Positions 42,530 through 54,610 of a stretch of 64,000 bases of DNA are shown one piece after another. Origin of the DNA: the human T2T-CHM13v2.0 reference genome, Homo sapiens; NCBI RefSeq assembly GCF_009914755.1, contig NC_060933.1; one strand, written 5' to 3'. The position numbers and the translations under genes were made by a program. Every line of letters starts with the position of its first letter. The stretch's first letter is position 1. Below the pieces are notes generated by a model. It had not been told where the DNA came from and did not search any database. It saw only the letters and a list, made by a program, of their open reading frames with translations.

Positions 42530-43010
42530 CTTAGCAGCTAATGCTCACTAGGCACTTGCTAGAGGCCAGGTGCCTAAGTTCTCTGCATGTGCTGCGGCAT
42601 TTCATCCTCACAGTTGAAAAATTATCTTTGTTTTTACAGATAAGGAAACTGGGGCTCTGCATCATTTGCCGGTGGTGATACAGCTAATAAACGAGCAGGG
42701 TTTGTACCTGGGCCTCCGACTCCTGAGTGAGCCCTCTGAGCACCACACTCTACTGCCTCCCAACTAACAGCTCTCACATAGGGAAGTTTACAACTGCAGG
42801 CCCCGTACTCAGTGCTTTACATGTGGGATTTCACTCATTCCCCATAGCAACCCTGCGTCATTGGTACTACTGATATTCCCATTCAAGCAGGATAGAATTG
42901 AGGCTCAGAAAGATTAAAACACTGGCTTAAGGTTACATGGCTGTCTATTGATAGAGCACAATTTAAACCATTTGTGATTCTCTTGCCCATCTCTTAATCA
43001 CTAAGCTGTA
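42530..43010 (-). mobile_element. Two tandem MIR fragments
   Basis: ttttacagataaggaaactggggctc and gaattgaggctcagaaagattaa cores. Confidence 0.7.
42820..42955 (+). repeat. Copy 1 of a ~135-bp local direct duplication (MIR-derived)
   Basis: Aligns to 44715-44847 with 6 substitutions and one 3-bp indel. Confidence 0.95.
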
Positions 43011-43533
43011 TTGTCAGCATATTGGAAGTTCCTGTCAGTCAAGTTGGAAAGGAACATGTGAGGAGATTTTTGAGGCCTCTTACGAGTTAGCCAGGTTCAA
43101 ACTAATGCCAACATTAGAAAAGATTTTATTATGACAAGCATACAAAGCATTTGTGAGAAACATAAAATAAATGAACCCTAAGAGTTAAAAGGAGACGCAG
43201 GAAGAGGTGGTGTGGCAGAGACAGGGTGCAGCTCAGCTCCCTGACTGGGTGAGCCTGGCATCACTACCCATTCTTCCTCTCCCTCGGCCATCACATGGGA
43301 GACCCTTTGTTAGGGAGCAGGTGCACTTGAGTTGGTCAGACCAGGGTTTGCTCCTGGCACCACCACCTAACCACTGTGTGAGTTGGGCATGAGACTTGAC
43401 TGCTCTGTACCTCATTTACCCCCTCTGTTAGATGGGGACAGTAAAAATACCCCACCTTTTAGGTAGTTAAGTAGTACATGTAAAGCACTTAACACAGTGA
43501 CTAATACACAGCAGACACCTATAAAAGGCAGCC

Positions 43534-43566
43534 ATGATGATGATGATGATGATGATAATGATGATG
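43534..43566. repeat. (ATG)n/(CAT)n microsatellite at a MIR tail
   Basis: atgatgatgatgatgatgatgataatgatgatg. Confidence 0.9.
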
Positions 43567-44111
43567 TATTAATAGTATGTTGCTTACTATGACACTTTTC
43601 CTACTCCGGTTTAAGTCAAAACAGAAATTTAGCACATAATTAGAACAAATTAATCCCAAATATGAGTTGAAAGTTCCAAATTATATGACGAAGATCCAAA
43701 TATACCTTCTGAGACATTAAAAAGCTTCCTGAATAAAGGCCTGAATGAATAAGCAATGAGCTAGCTGAGTTAAGAACAGGCAGGTGGCACCGTCACAAAG
43801 CAGTTCTAAGGAGAGCAGGCAAGAGAATTACAGAATGAAAAGAATTATGGAACTTCACCGAAGTCAATCAGTTTGAAAAGAGTCTCAAGTTAGTTCTATT
43901 TCTAATCTTCTGCTTCATAAAAAAGAAGACAAGACAGAGCACTCAAGTGGGAAAAAGGATGTACTTCAAATTCCATTGTTTAAACATTTTCTCAGAAAAC
44001 AAATTACTTTTAGTCATTCAGGTCACATAAAAGTTGTATGTTGTTTCTTTCCCCATTTCTACACCGACTGCTGACACGACAAGCTAGCTCATCACCTGCT
44101 CACACACTTAC

Positions 44112-44252
44112 CTAGCTGTACGTCGGTTGTGAATCGCAGTCTGTGGATCATGCTGACTTTGAATGACTTGTAATGATGGCTGCTAAGCATATCCTGTACT
44201 GTGGCTATGTCAATTTGCGAATCCTCCTCAAAAACCCCGTCTGCCCTTGAAC
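44112..44252 (-). CDS. MAPKAP1: MAPKAP1 coding exon (canonical exon 9, 141 nt, phase 1-1): (S)[46 protein letters not shown](G)
   Basis: Acceptor ttttcctccccag|GTTCAAGG, donor CTAG|gtaagt; open frame; contains the HRLRFTT motif (R393, T398 in SIN1.1 numbering). Confidence 0.97.
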
Positions 44253-44339
44253 CTGGGGAGGAAAAGGCAGTTTAACACATAAAGATACATGAGGCTTGGC
44301 AAATGGTGTCTGCTTAAAATGCTTTGGGATAAATTAAAA

Positions 44340-44405
44340 TAATATGGGCTATTTAATTTGGAGAAGAAAAGGCTGAGCGATGACTTAATAATGCCATTCC
44401 AGTAA
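44340..44405 (+). mobile_element. Short L3/CR1-like fragment
   Basis: gggctatttaatttggagaagaaaaggctgagcgatgacttaata resembles the CR1 LF.LEKRRLRGDL region. Confidence 0.45.
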
Positions 44406-44714
44406 ACAGAGAATGGTAACATATTAATCATTCAACAATTAATTCCACAAACACTATGGCAGGTCCTTGGCTGGGCAGCAGGGATGCAAGGATAAAAAAA
44501 TTCCTGCTTGCTCTTGGCAGGAAGCTCAGTCCACAGGAGTGAGTCAAAAGCACAAGAGCTTGGGTGGTGTTAGCAGTGTCACGGGTCTTGTTTTTTTTCT
44601 AAATGTGATTTTCCTAATCACAAAAGTAATCCACATTCCTTGAAGAATCTCTGTCCTTTCCAAGATTCCCAAAACGTCTTCTTTACTGCCTCTCACCCTG
44701 CGCCCCACAGCCTC

Positions 44715-44867
44715 CATGTGGGATTTCACTCGTTCCCCATAGCAACCCTGAGCCATTGGTACTGATATTCCCATTCACGCAGGATAGAATTGAGGCTCAG
44801 AAAGATTAAGACACTTGCTTAAGGTTACATGGCTGTCTATTGATAGACATAGCTGTCTACTGACAGA
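44715..44867 (+). repeat. Copy 2 of the duplication plus a 20-bp tandem re-copy of its end
   Basis: catgtgggatttcactc...catggctgtctattgataga followed by catagctgtctactgacaga. Confidence 0.95.
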
Positions 44868-47800
44868 GCCCCCACTGGCTCAGGGGGCACCTGCTAGTGC
44901 TTGAGTGTGACAGTCTCATCACTGGCCTCCTGGTCACCAGGCTCTTCCTCTGCAGTCCAGCCGCCACAGGCTTTCTGATCCATTTTTCTAAAGGTTGGAT
45001 CATTCATTCATTCACCAAATGCTCAGAGAGCACCCTGTGCATGCTAAGTACTCTGATATGTGACACTGGAGACAGATAAGAAGCCTGGTGCTCAAAAATC
45101 TTCCCTGGCTCCACGGCCTCCTGAATGAAGAACACTTTTTTAGCCAGGCAATCGGGGCAGCCCATAATGTGCCTGAAACATACCAATATTCTTCTCACTT
45201 CTCACACATGCCTTCTCTCAGCCCTCTCAAACCCCTCAGACTGCACAGTGCTTCAGGCTTTTATAATTCTGGGCCTTTGCTCATGTGCTGCCCTTGGCCT
45301 AGAACAACCCTCTCATCCTCACCCAGACCTGTTGAAATCCCTCCACCCCTCCCTAGGCTAGCTCAAACTCTACCTCTCCTGTGAAATCTTTTCTGATGGT
45401 TCTTCTGGAAGTGAATTCCATAAAAGTTGGCTTATACTGGACCCTGGAGCCCGACAGCTGCGGCCGCAACTCCTAGCTCTGCCTCTAATTTGCTGTATGA
45501 TCTTGGGCAAGTGACTTTATCTCTCTGAATTTCAGTTTTTGCCATTCACATCCAAATTTAGGTAAAGAATATGTATGCTTCATAAGAGCAGTGACTATTT
45601 TTCTTCTAGTGTCAGGGTGGATTATATTCAGCCGTGTGCTAGAATTGCTTAGTGGTTGCTCTGTCCTAATCTGGAAGCTTTGTGAAGGTCAGGAAAGTTT
45701 CTTACTCATTTTTATATCTTCTGCAAGCAGTAAAGGCAACTGGTATGCTCTCACTAAATTGTGCTAGATAAATAATAGCTAGTATACATGAGTGCTTACC
45801 ATGTGCCAGGCTTGGTGTTAAGCATTTCACACGTTACTGCATTGAAGGTCTTATAATTTTCCATATTACAGATGAGAACTCTGAGGCTTTGGGAGGCTGT
45901 CACATGCCAAGGTTACACTAAGCAAAGTTAAACTATCTCTCAGTCCCTGGACTTTGAAATGTGGACTTCTGCAGATGCAGCTGTTGGTGCCATCACCAGT
46001 GCAGGGGGTAGAATGGGTTGGGAGGGGAGGAGCCTGTCTCGCAGGGGCTGACCACAGTAGGGTGCTCTAGGCCTCGTGTTGAGCACTCAGAGACAGTTCC
46101 ACAGGGAAACCTAGGGAGAACTCTAGGGGGAATGGAAAACTCTAGATTTGGGTATAAAACTGGAAAATTTTGTAACAAACTGGTAGCCTGACAATGATAT
46201 GCTTTTCCTTCCCACAGTTACTGCTTACGGGGCAAGTATTTTAAGTCAAAGTTGGTGTCTGATGCTTTCACAGTGAAATCATTTATTAGGAAATTTGTGT
46301 TCTATTTGCAAACACTACAGTAATTCCCAACCTGGACCATCCCAGCACCCACAATAGTACTTTCCTTCAGTAAGGACATGACCTCGCCCTTCACTGAGTG
46401 CCTCTGGCAGAATCCCATCTCAGAGCCTCTTGCACATGCTGTCCTCTCTGCCCAGGTCACCCTTCTCCCCATCTCATTCTCTCCCGGCCCCTCCCTGTTT
46501 TCCTACTGAAGAGCAGAGCACCAGTGACACTCCAGGGAAGCCTTCCCTGGCCGCAAGCCCCCGGCACTAGTTTGGCTCCTTCTGTCCCCGTATCCTGCAT
46601 TTTTCTTCAGAACAGTTATCACAGGGAGTAATTGCCTGTCTCTGCCATTAGACTATAACCCCAAGAACACAGGGACTGCTTTCTCACCACTGCAACTCAG
46701 ACACTGCCAGTGCTACCACTCAGAGGATAAAGCAGAGCTCAATAAACATGTACTGAACGAATACCAGGTGCCATGTCCACAGGAAGGTGAGGGTCAAAGA
46801 GACAGAGTGACTTAACCAACATTGCACCTCCAGGACACTGCAGAGCTTCACTCCACATCTGCAAGGGCCACTGGGTAGCCCCTTTCCTTTCTTTGCAGCA
46901 CCTATGATTTTGGACAGAGATGCCATGATCCTGATTACCACTCTCTCCTGGGTAATACTGAGGCTGGTTAGGATTTGGAGTTTCAAATAATCATTCACTT
47001 TTTCCAGTCTTCATTTTTACTGAAACATAACTGCCAAAACATGTTTTATTTCTATTTTAGAACTTCTTATACATGAGAATTGCAGAGAATTTTGGTAAAA
47101 TATTAAAATCATTTCAAGTCATCTTTTCTGAGAAAATGCTATTATTAGATACAATTTAGCTCTGAGCTCAAGAACTTCTGTTTGCTTTACTAATTAGTGT
47201 TTTCTAAATATTGCAGGTATTTGATTTGGAAAGAGGTAACAGCTCATTATGCTAAAATGCCAATTACTAAAAAAAAAAAAAAAAAACCCACACTTAAGAT
47301 TTTTACATTTTATGATGTTGGATTAAAACCAATTTAAAAATTACTATAACGTGACATATAATTTTTTACTGAGCAATTTCAATGCCAGCTGCTAATAAAG
47401 CATCTTAGCTATAAATGATAATTCAGATGCTTTTAGATAAAGTGGTGCATAAATATGGCTGGAAATTGATTTAGCTTCTTACAGAAGCTACTGAAGAATG
47501 ACATATTTTGTTTAATACACCAGCTAATGTAGTCCTAAAAGCTCAAACAAGTGCCAGTTTTCACTCCTAAATTTGCTGTGGGAGATTAATGAAAACTTTA
47601 TATTTTGCTGAAATGTTAATAATGGGCAGATGAGATGATAGGATTTTAGTAGAGGTCTTAAAGCTATGAAATAACCAGCAAGGCTTGTCAATATCCTTGT
47701 ATTAATTTTGTACAAGACTTACATAGCTGGAGCTGGCTCAACACAGTAATGCTTCTTGCATTGACCTTCTACTCTCTGATAGTGTAAATTCATATCCCAT

Positions 47801-48016
47801 TTGAGGATTTAAGTCCCCCCGATACCTGGGGGAGTTCTGAGCCTTGCCCCAACTGACAAGGGGCATGTCTGTGTTTATGATCAGAAGGATAACAGCACCT
47901 GAGGGAGTACAGAAGGAATAGTCCTGTACTCGCCTCCAATTCACGCTGCTCACTCCAAAGCAGGTTATCTGATGAATGGGATCAACTTCTGGTTTTGGAG
48001 TTCCACTGTCATTTCT

Positions 48017-48402
<386 letters not shown>

Positions 48403-49866
48403 TAGACGGTGGGGGACACTGGTGAGGATAAAGCAGGGTTCCTGATCTTCAGGAGCTTACAAATTAGCCAAAGGCCAGAAAATAGTACAAGGCAGAAAGA
48501 AGTGCCTAAAAATGGTGCCTGCAATAGACACTTTATCTAAAGACAAATACCTGAAGCAAAGCATTCATTATTCCAAAAGCATATTTTTTGGACCAGAAAA
48601 GTTCTATGACTTTGCATGTATACGTTTACTGTTTGTATCTTTCCGGAAAGGAGTGAACCCAACCACACATGAAAGATGAAAGATGCTTGATATTGTACCA
48701 TCTGCATATTAAAATTACTCTACGACAACCTTCACATTAAAAAGTCCACTTCTGTTCAAGAGAAGACATTTTTAGCAACTCAAAGTGAAAAGCAGAGAGA
48801 ACCAGAACATCTTAAAAATAAACATACTGAAAAAACAAAAACTACTCCCTGTTAATTTAACTGAAATATAACCCATTGGTATTTTGTTAAATTAGCAAAT
48901 AAAAAGGTCACAAGCAATTAAATGAAACAAAAGCCACACTGTGTTCATCTACATTAATGCTGAACTGGGTCTCCTCGTGAATGACAAGATAAATTGTTAT
49001 GGTGCCTTCAAAGACTTCACAATGTATTTTGTCAAAGTCGGGAGGGTTAATGTCTCTATAAGCCACGGATTACCATAATGTATTGTGTCAAAACGCTCAA
49101 GCTGCAATAACTCAAAGATGTATTGTGATAGATCAAATTTTGGGGTGGGGCCTAATAGTGACTTGAGCACCACAGCTCAAATGGACTGACAACAAGGCTC
49201 CAGAAGAATGACAATCACAATGTAGGAAGGTATGGAGGACAAGCAGAAAACCCAGGAGGAGAAGCAGCTTAAGTCTCGGGAATACAAAATCAGGAAAGGG
49301 GAACTGAGGAATGAGGCCTCACACCTGTCTTCAGTGAAGAATGGCAAGAAGAGGCCACGGCAGGCAAAGGGAAGCAGAGAGGAGTTGAGGAAGGAGGCAG
49401 GTGGAGTCTAGGGCCTGCAGCCAAGAAAGAAAGAGAAGGTGCTGGGAGGCAGCCTTGGGGATTAATAACATTAGAAAGAACATGGAATATAAGAGTACAG
49501 AGATAGAGATTCAAACTGTCACTCAAAGTGTCAAGACTGGGTCAAAACCTTGCCCAGGGTTCCACTGTTAGGAAAGGTGAAACCGGGACAGATCTGTTGG
49601 ACTCTGGAGTCCACGTGCCTTCTCCTTTCCCTTCCCTCAAGTGGTTAAAGGCTGCTCCTGCCCTGCCTACCTCACCACACTCCTACAGCAACAGCACTGT
49701 AATAGACTGTTGAGTCGAATAACTGTAAATTCTAAATTAGTGGTTCTCAAAGTGCACACTGGGTCCTATGGTGGTGGTGGTGGTGGGGAATTCCCAAGTC
49801 CCCTTCAGGGTCCATAATTGCAATACTATTTTTATAACAACAGCAAGACATGACTTACTTTTTTCA

Positions 49867-50238
<372 letters not shown>

Positions 50239-50504
50239 GAAACTATCATTTGAGTTTTGGTATAGTAACAAAAATTAATACCCACAATTATCTGAAAAGG
50301 CTATTGAAATATTCTTCCCTTTTTCAACAACATATCTGTGTCAGGCCAAATTTTCTTCACATACTTTAACCAAAGCAATGTATTGCAGCGGACTGAATGC
50401 AGAGGCAGATATGAAAATCCAGGTGTCTTCTATAAGCCCAGACATTACAGAAACTTGCAATATAATAAAATAATGACACTCTTCTCATTAAAAATTTTAG
50501 GCCT

Positions 50505-50806
50505 GGCTAAGTGCAGTGGCTCACACCTGTAATCCCAGCACTTTGGGAGGCCAAGGTGGGCGGACCACTTGAGGTCAGGAATTTGAGACCACCCTGGCCA
50601 ACATGGTGAAACCTCGTCTCTATAAAAATACAAAAAATTAGCTGAGGATGGCGGGGCATGCCTGTAATCTCAGCTACTCTGGAGGCTGAGGCAGGAGAAT
50701 CGCTTGAAGCCAGTAGGCGGAGGCTGAAGTGAGAGCTGAGATTACACCACTGCACTCCAGCCTGGGCGACAGAGCAAGACTCCGTCTCAAAAAAAAAAAA
50801 AAAAAA
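50505..50806 (+). mobile_element. AluS inserted at the 5' end of an AluJ
   Basis: aaaatt(t)taggcc duplicated on both sides. Confidence 0.94.
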
Positions 50807-50810
50807 TTTA

Positions 50811-51096
50811 GGCCAGGTGCGGTGGCTTATGAATATAATTCCAGCACTTTGGGAGGCTGAGGTGGGTGGATTGCTTGAGTCTAGGAGTTTGAGACCACCC
50901 TGTGCAACACGGCAAAACTCTGACTCTACAAAAAATACAAAAATTAGCTGGGTTTGGTGGCTCATGCCTGTACTCCCAGCTACTGAGGATGAGGTGGGAT
51001 GATCACTTGAGCCCAGGAGGTTGAGGCTACAGTGAGCTGTGATCACGCCACTGCACTCTAGCCTGGGTAACAGAGTGAGACCCTGTCTCAAAAAAA
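50811..51096 (+). mobile_element. AluJ
   Basis: gatcacttgagcccaggaggttgaggctacagtgagctgtgatc. Confidence 0.92.
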
Positions 51097-51143
51097 TTTT
51101 TTTTAAAGAAATTATAGTTACTTTTCATAAAATTTGTCATTTG

Positions 51144-51465
<322 letters not shown>

Positions 51466-51557
51466 ACTGTCATTAACATTAATGAAATTACTGTTTTTCA
51501 ATAAATATTTTAAAATTAATCAATTTTTAATAGATGTAACTCAATAAACAAAAGCTT

Positions 51558-51875
51558 GGCCAGGTGCAGTGCCTCACACCTGTAATACCAGCAGTTTGGG
51601 AAGCCAAAGCGGGAGCACTGTTTGAGGCCAGGAGTTGAAGAGCAGCCTGAGCAACATAGTGAGACTTTATCTCTACTGAAAGTTAAAAAAAAAAAAAAAA
51701 AAGTCAGCTGGGCATGGTGGTGCACACCTGTAGTCCCAGCTGCTCGGGAGGTAGAGATGAGAGGATCACTTGAGCCCAGGAGTTTGAGGCTACAGTGAGC
51801 TGATTTGCCACTGCACTCCATCCTGGGCGAGACCTGGCGACAGGGCAATACCTCGCCTCAAAATAACAAAACAAA
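51558..51875 (+). mobile_element. AluJ
   Basis: TSD aaacaaaagct. Confidence 0.92.
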
Positions 51876-52829
51876 ACAAAAGCTCTTTGGGTCTTCAATA
51901 ACTTTTAAGAGTATAAAGAGGTCCTAAAACCAAAAAGTTTGAGAACTGCTGACTTTATTGGTTATAATGCCATGTTTTCATTGCCCCTGATATCTATTTG
52001 GACAATAATAATGGGAAACGAAAGTGCAGTTATAGCTGTGTATATGTGTTATAATCTGACAACAAACACAGCTGCAAAGCCTGTACACACATAAAAGCAA
52101 TAGGTTTACTTTCAGGTGATCAGACCAAGGCTAATTATAAATACTGTTTTATAGTTTTAAAAGTGTTTTCATAGATGTGATTTAATTGGAACTGAGGGAG
52201 ACACTTAGAGTTATATGACTTTATTTCAAACAAATAGGACTAATCATTAAATCATAGCTCAGATGAACTCACCGTATATTACTGGAAGATTCCTTGTACT
52301 CATAGATACAAACTGCATGGGACTTTAACATTCATTTTATGGTTCAAGGAGTCTTACACCAAGTCTAAAAGGCCCCAATCTAGTTATAAATTAAAGCAAC
52401 TTCAGTGTCTCTTCTCTAAAAAGATCTATGCCAACTCTAGAACTCAACTGGAAGATCAGTGGCCTCTGTTATATCCTCACCTTTGTCCATAGCACAATCC
52501 TGTTGACTGTTTCTTCTAGACTAGCAGTTACTTAGCTCCAGCCATATGCCAGGTGCTGTGCTAGTGCTTCCGGAATTTAGGGGGATGGCAGTGTTCCCAG
52601 ATGATGAAAGGAGGACAGGCAATCCATGGAGGAATATAGGAAAAAACATAAAGTCCACAAAGCATGAGGACCTACACAGGGAACACCAAGTGTTTGCCTT
52701 TGGCACAGTGTGTGAAGCGGAATGGTGGAAAAGAAAATGGTGGGGGTGGGAGTAGTTCTTCAAAAGTGGAGCAGTATCTAGCTCAGCACCTGGCACACAA
52801 TTAAGTAAAATAGTACAAGTGACTGACAA

Positions 52830-53175
52830 TGAGAAGTACATAAACCCTTCTCTGCTCCACTCTATCTTGAAGTCTTATTGCTACTCCCCACGCAGAAGCC
52901 CTGCTTCAGCTAAACTGGACTCTGCTCAGGTTCTACCATTTGGTCAGAATGTCCTTTATGCTCTAAAATTTATATGCTTCAAGGTCTAGTCCAAATGGAA
53001 CCTCCCCTGTCTCTCTCCTAAAGCATTATAGCCCTTTATTGAAGGTTCTTCTGGTAAGTATCTTACATGGTAAGTATTTGCACTCCCCTCCAGACAAGGA
53101 GCCTGAGGGCAGGAACATCCCATTCTACAAAGCACATGGTCACACAGTAGATGTTCAATAAATGCTGCTGATGGA
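52830..53175 (+). mobile_element. L2 3' fragment
   Basis: gagcctgagggcagga...cacacagtagatgttcaataaatgctgctga. Confidence 0.55.
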
Positions 53176-54249
53176 ACAAGTGAAGTGTGATGCAACACAG
53201 GTTAACCATTAACAGCACCTGAGGTTTGTACACCACCCCTTGTATTTACCTTGGCTAACAGCACCTAACATACCTTTCCTCGTTTTCCATTCAGACTCCC
53301 CAACAGACTAGGTTTGTCAAGGACAGGGGTTCTGCCTCAACAACTGTGACGGTGGCTAACACACACTAAGTGCTTAACGCATGCCAGCACGATGCTCAGC
53401 ATTTTAAAGACGTCATCTCATTCCATTTTTCCCAATGCCTCTTTAAGTTGGATATTATCCTCTTTTTACAGGTGAGAAAAATGAGACTCAGAATGTCATT
53501 CTGCTACAGTAGTCATACAAACAGTACAAGCTGGAGCTAGGAACTGAACCCAGGTCTAATTCCAAAATTGCACCTTTAACCACCACACAACCTCTGTGAG
53601 TAAAAATGTTCCTCAGATGGGCTGGAAATGCATAACTCCATGGGCTGTAATGGTATCTAAGGAGAACACAGTCACGCCTGGCCATGCCAGAGCAAAGGAA
53701 TCAGGGATAAAACCTAACTCTCCACTCCCTCGGTAAGACTTAAAGCTGGATGCATAAGTGAGTCACAGAGAAAACTCTTCCTTAGCGCTCTGCATCCATC
53801 ACATTTTTTTTTCCAGAGGCCTTTTAAGTCCCCAAAGCCCCATAAGCCCAAAACTTCTCTTCTATTAAACACTTCCCTTTGGCTACTAGTTATTTTTGCT
53901 GGTCTCTAAAAAACAATCAATAGGTGATATACTAAAACACACACACACGTTCATGCCCCCCGCCTGCCCACTGCTCTGCAGTAATCTCTTTAAAGCCATC
54001 GGGATCACGCAGTAGGATATACCCTTCACTAGAATCTGCCATGCTACCACCGGGGTAGGGATCTTTGCTGTCAGTGCTTAATTGATTAAACTCTTGGAGC
54101 CAGAGCCAGCCAGGCTGGAGGACTTTCCACATGGAGATTTCAGACCCCCTTCAATAAATCAAGGTAATCTTGTTTTATGAGGTAGTCAGAAAGAAACAGT
54201 TTCAGGTTTGTAGAATTTCGAAAAAGAGCAGATCATGGAAGCGGGGCCT

Positions 54250-54610
54250 ACGAGGCTCTGCATCTTAGACCCTTGCTATCCCTCAGTCTCATCTTTCAGC
54301 ACACTCTCCCTCATTCCATTCCATTTATTCATTCCTAAACACCCCAAGCTCCTTCTCATCTCAAAGCCTTCAGATGAGCAGTCCCTTGGCCTGGAACATT
54401 CTTCTCTTACTCATTATTGGACTAACTCCTTTTTCTTCTTACTCAAGCCTCTCATTCTTCTCACCTGCTCTGGTCCCCTGCTATGCACTCTTTTCTACCC
54501 TTCACAGCACTGATCACAATTGTGTGCTCTATAACGTGGGGCTAAGTCTCAGCACAGTGGCTGGCCCAGAGGAGGGCTCAATCAATGTTTGGGGAATGCA
54601 TGAACAAATA
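54250..54610 (+). mobile_element. L2 3' fragment
   Basis: ctcagcacagtggctggcccagaggagggctcaatcaatgtttggggaatgcatgaa. Confidence 0.6.

Noticed and set aside
50507-51091. 194-aa ORF, the longest in the track, and similar ORFs at 7875, 10983, 38928, 48043 and 61715
   Set aside because: Translations of Alu sequence ([21 protein letters not shown]); not genes
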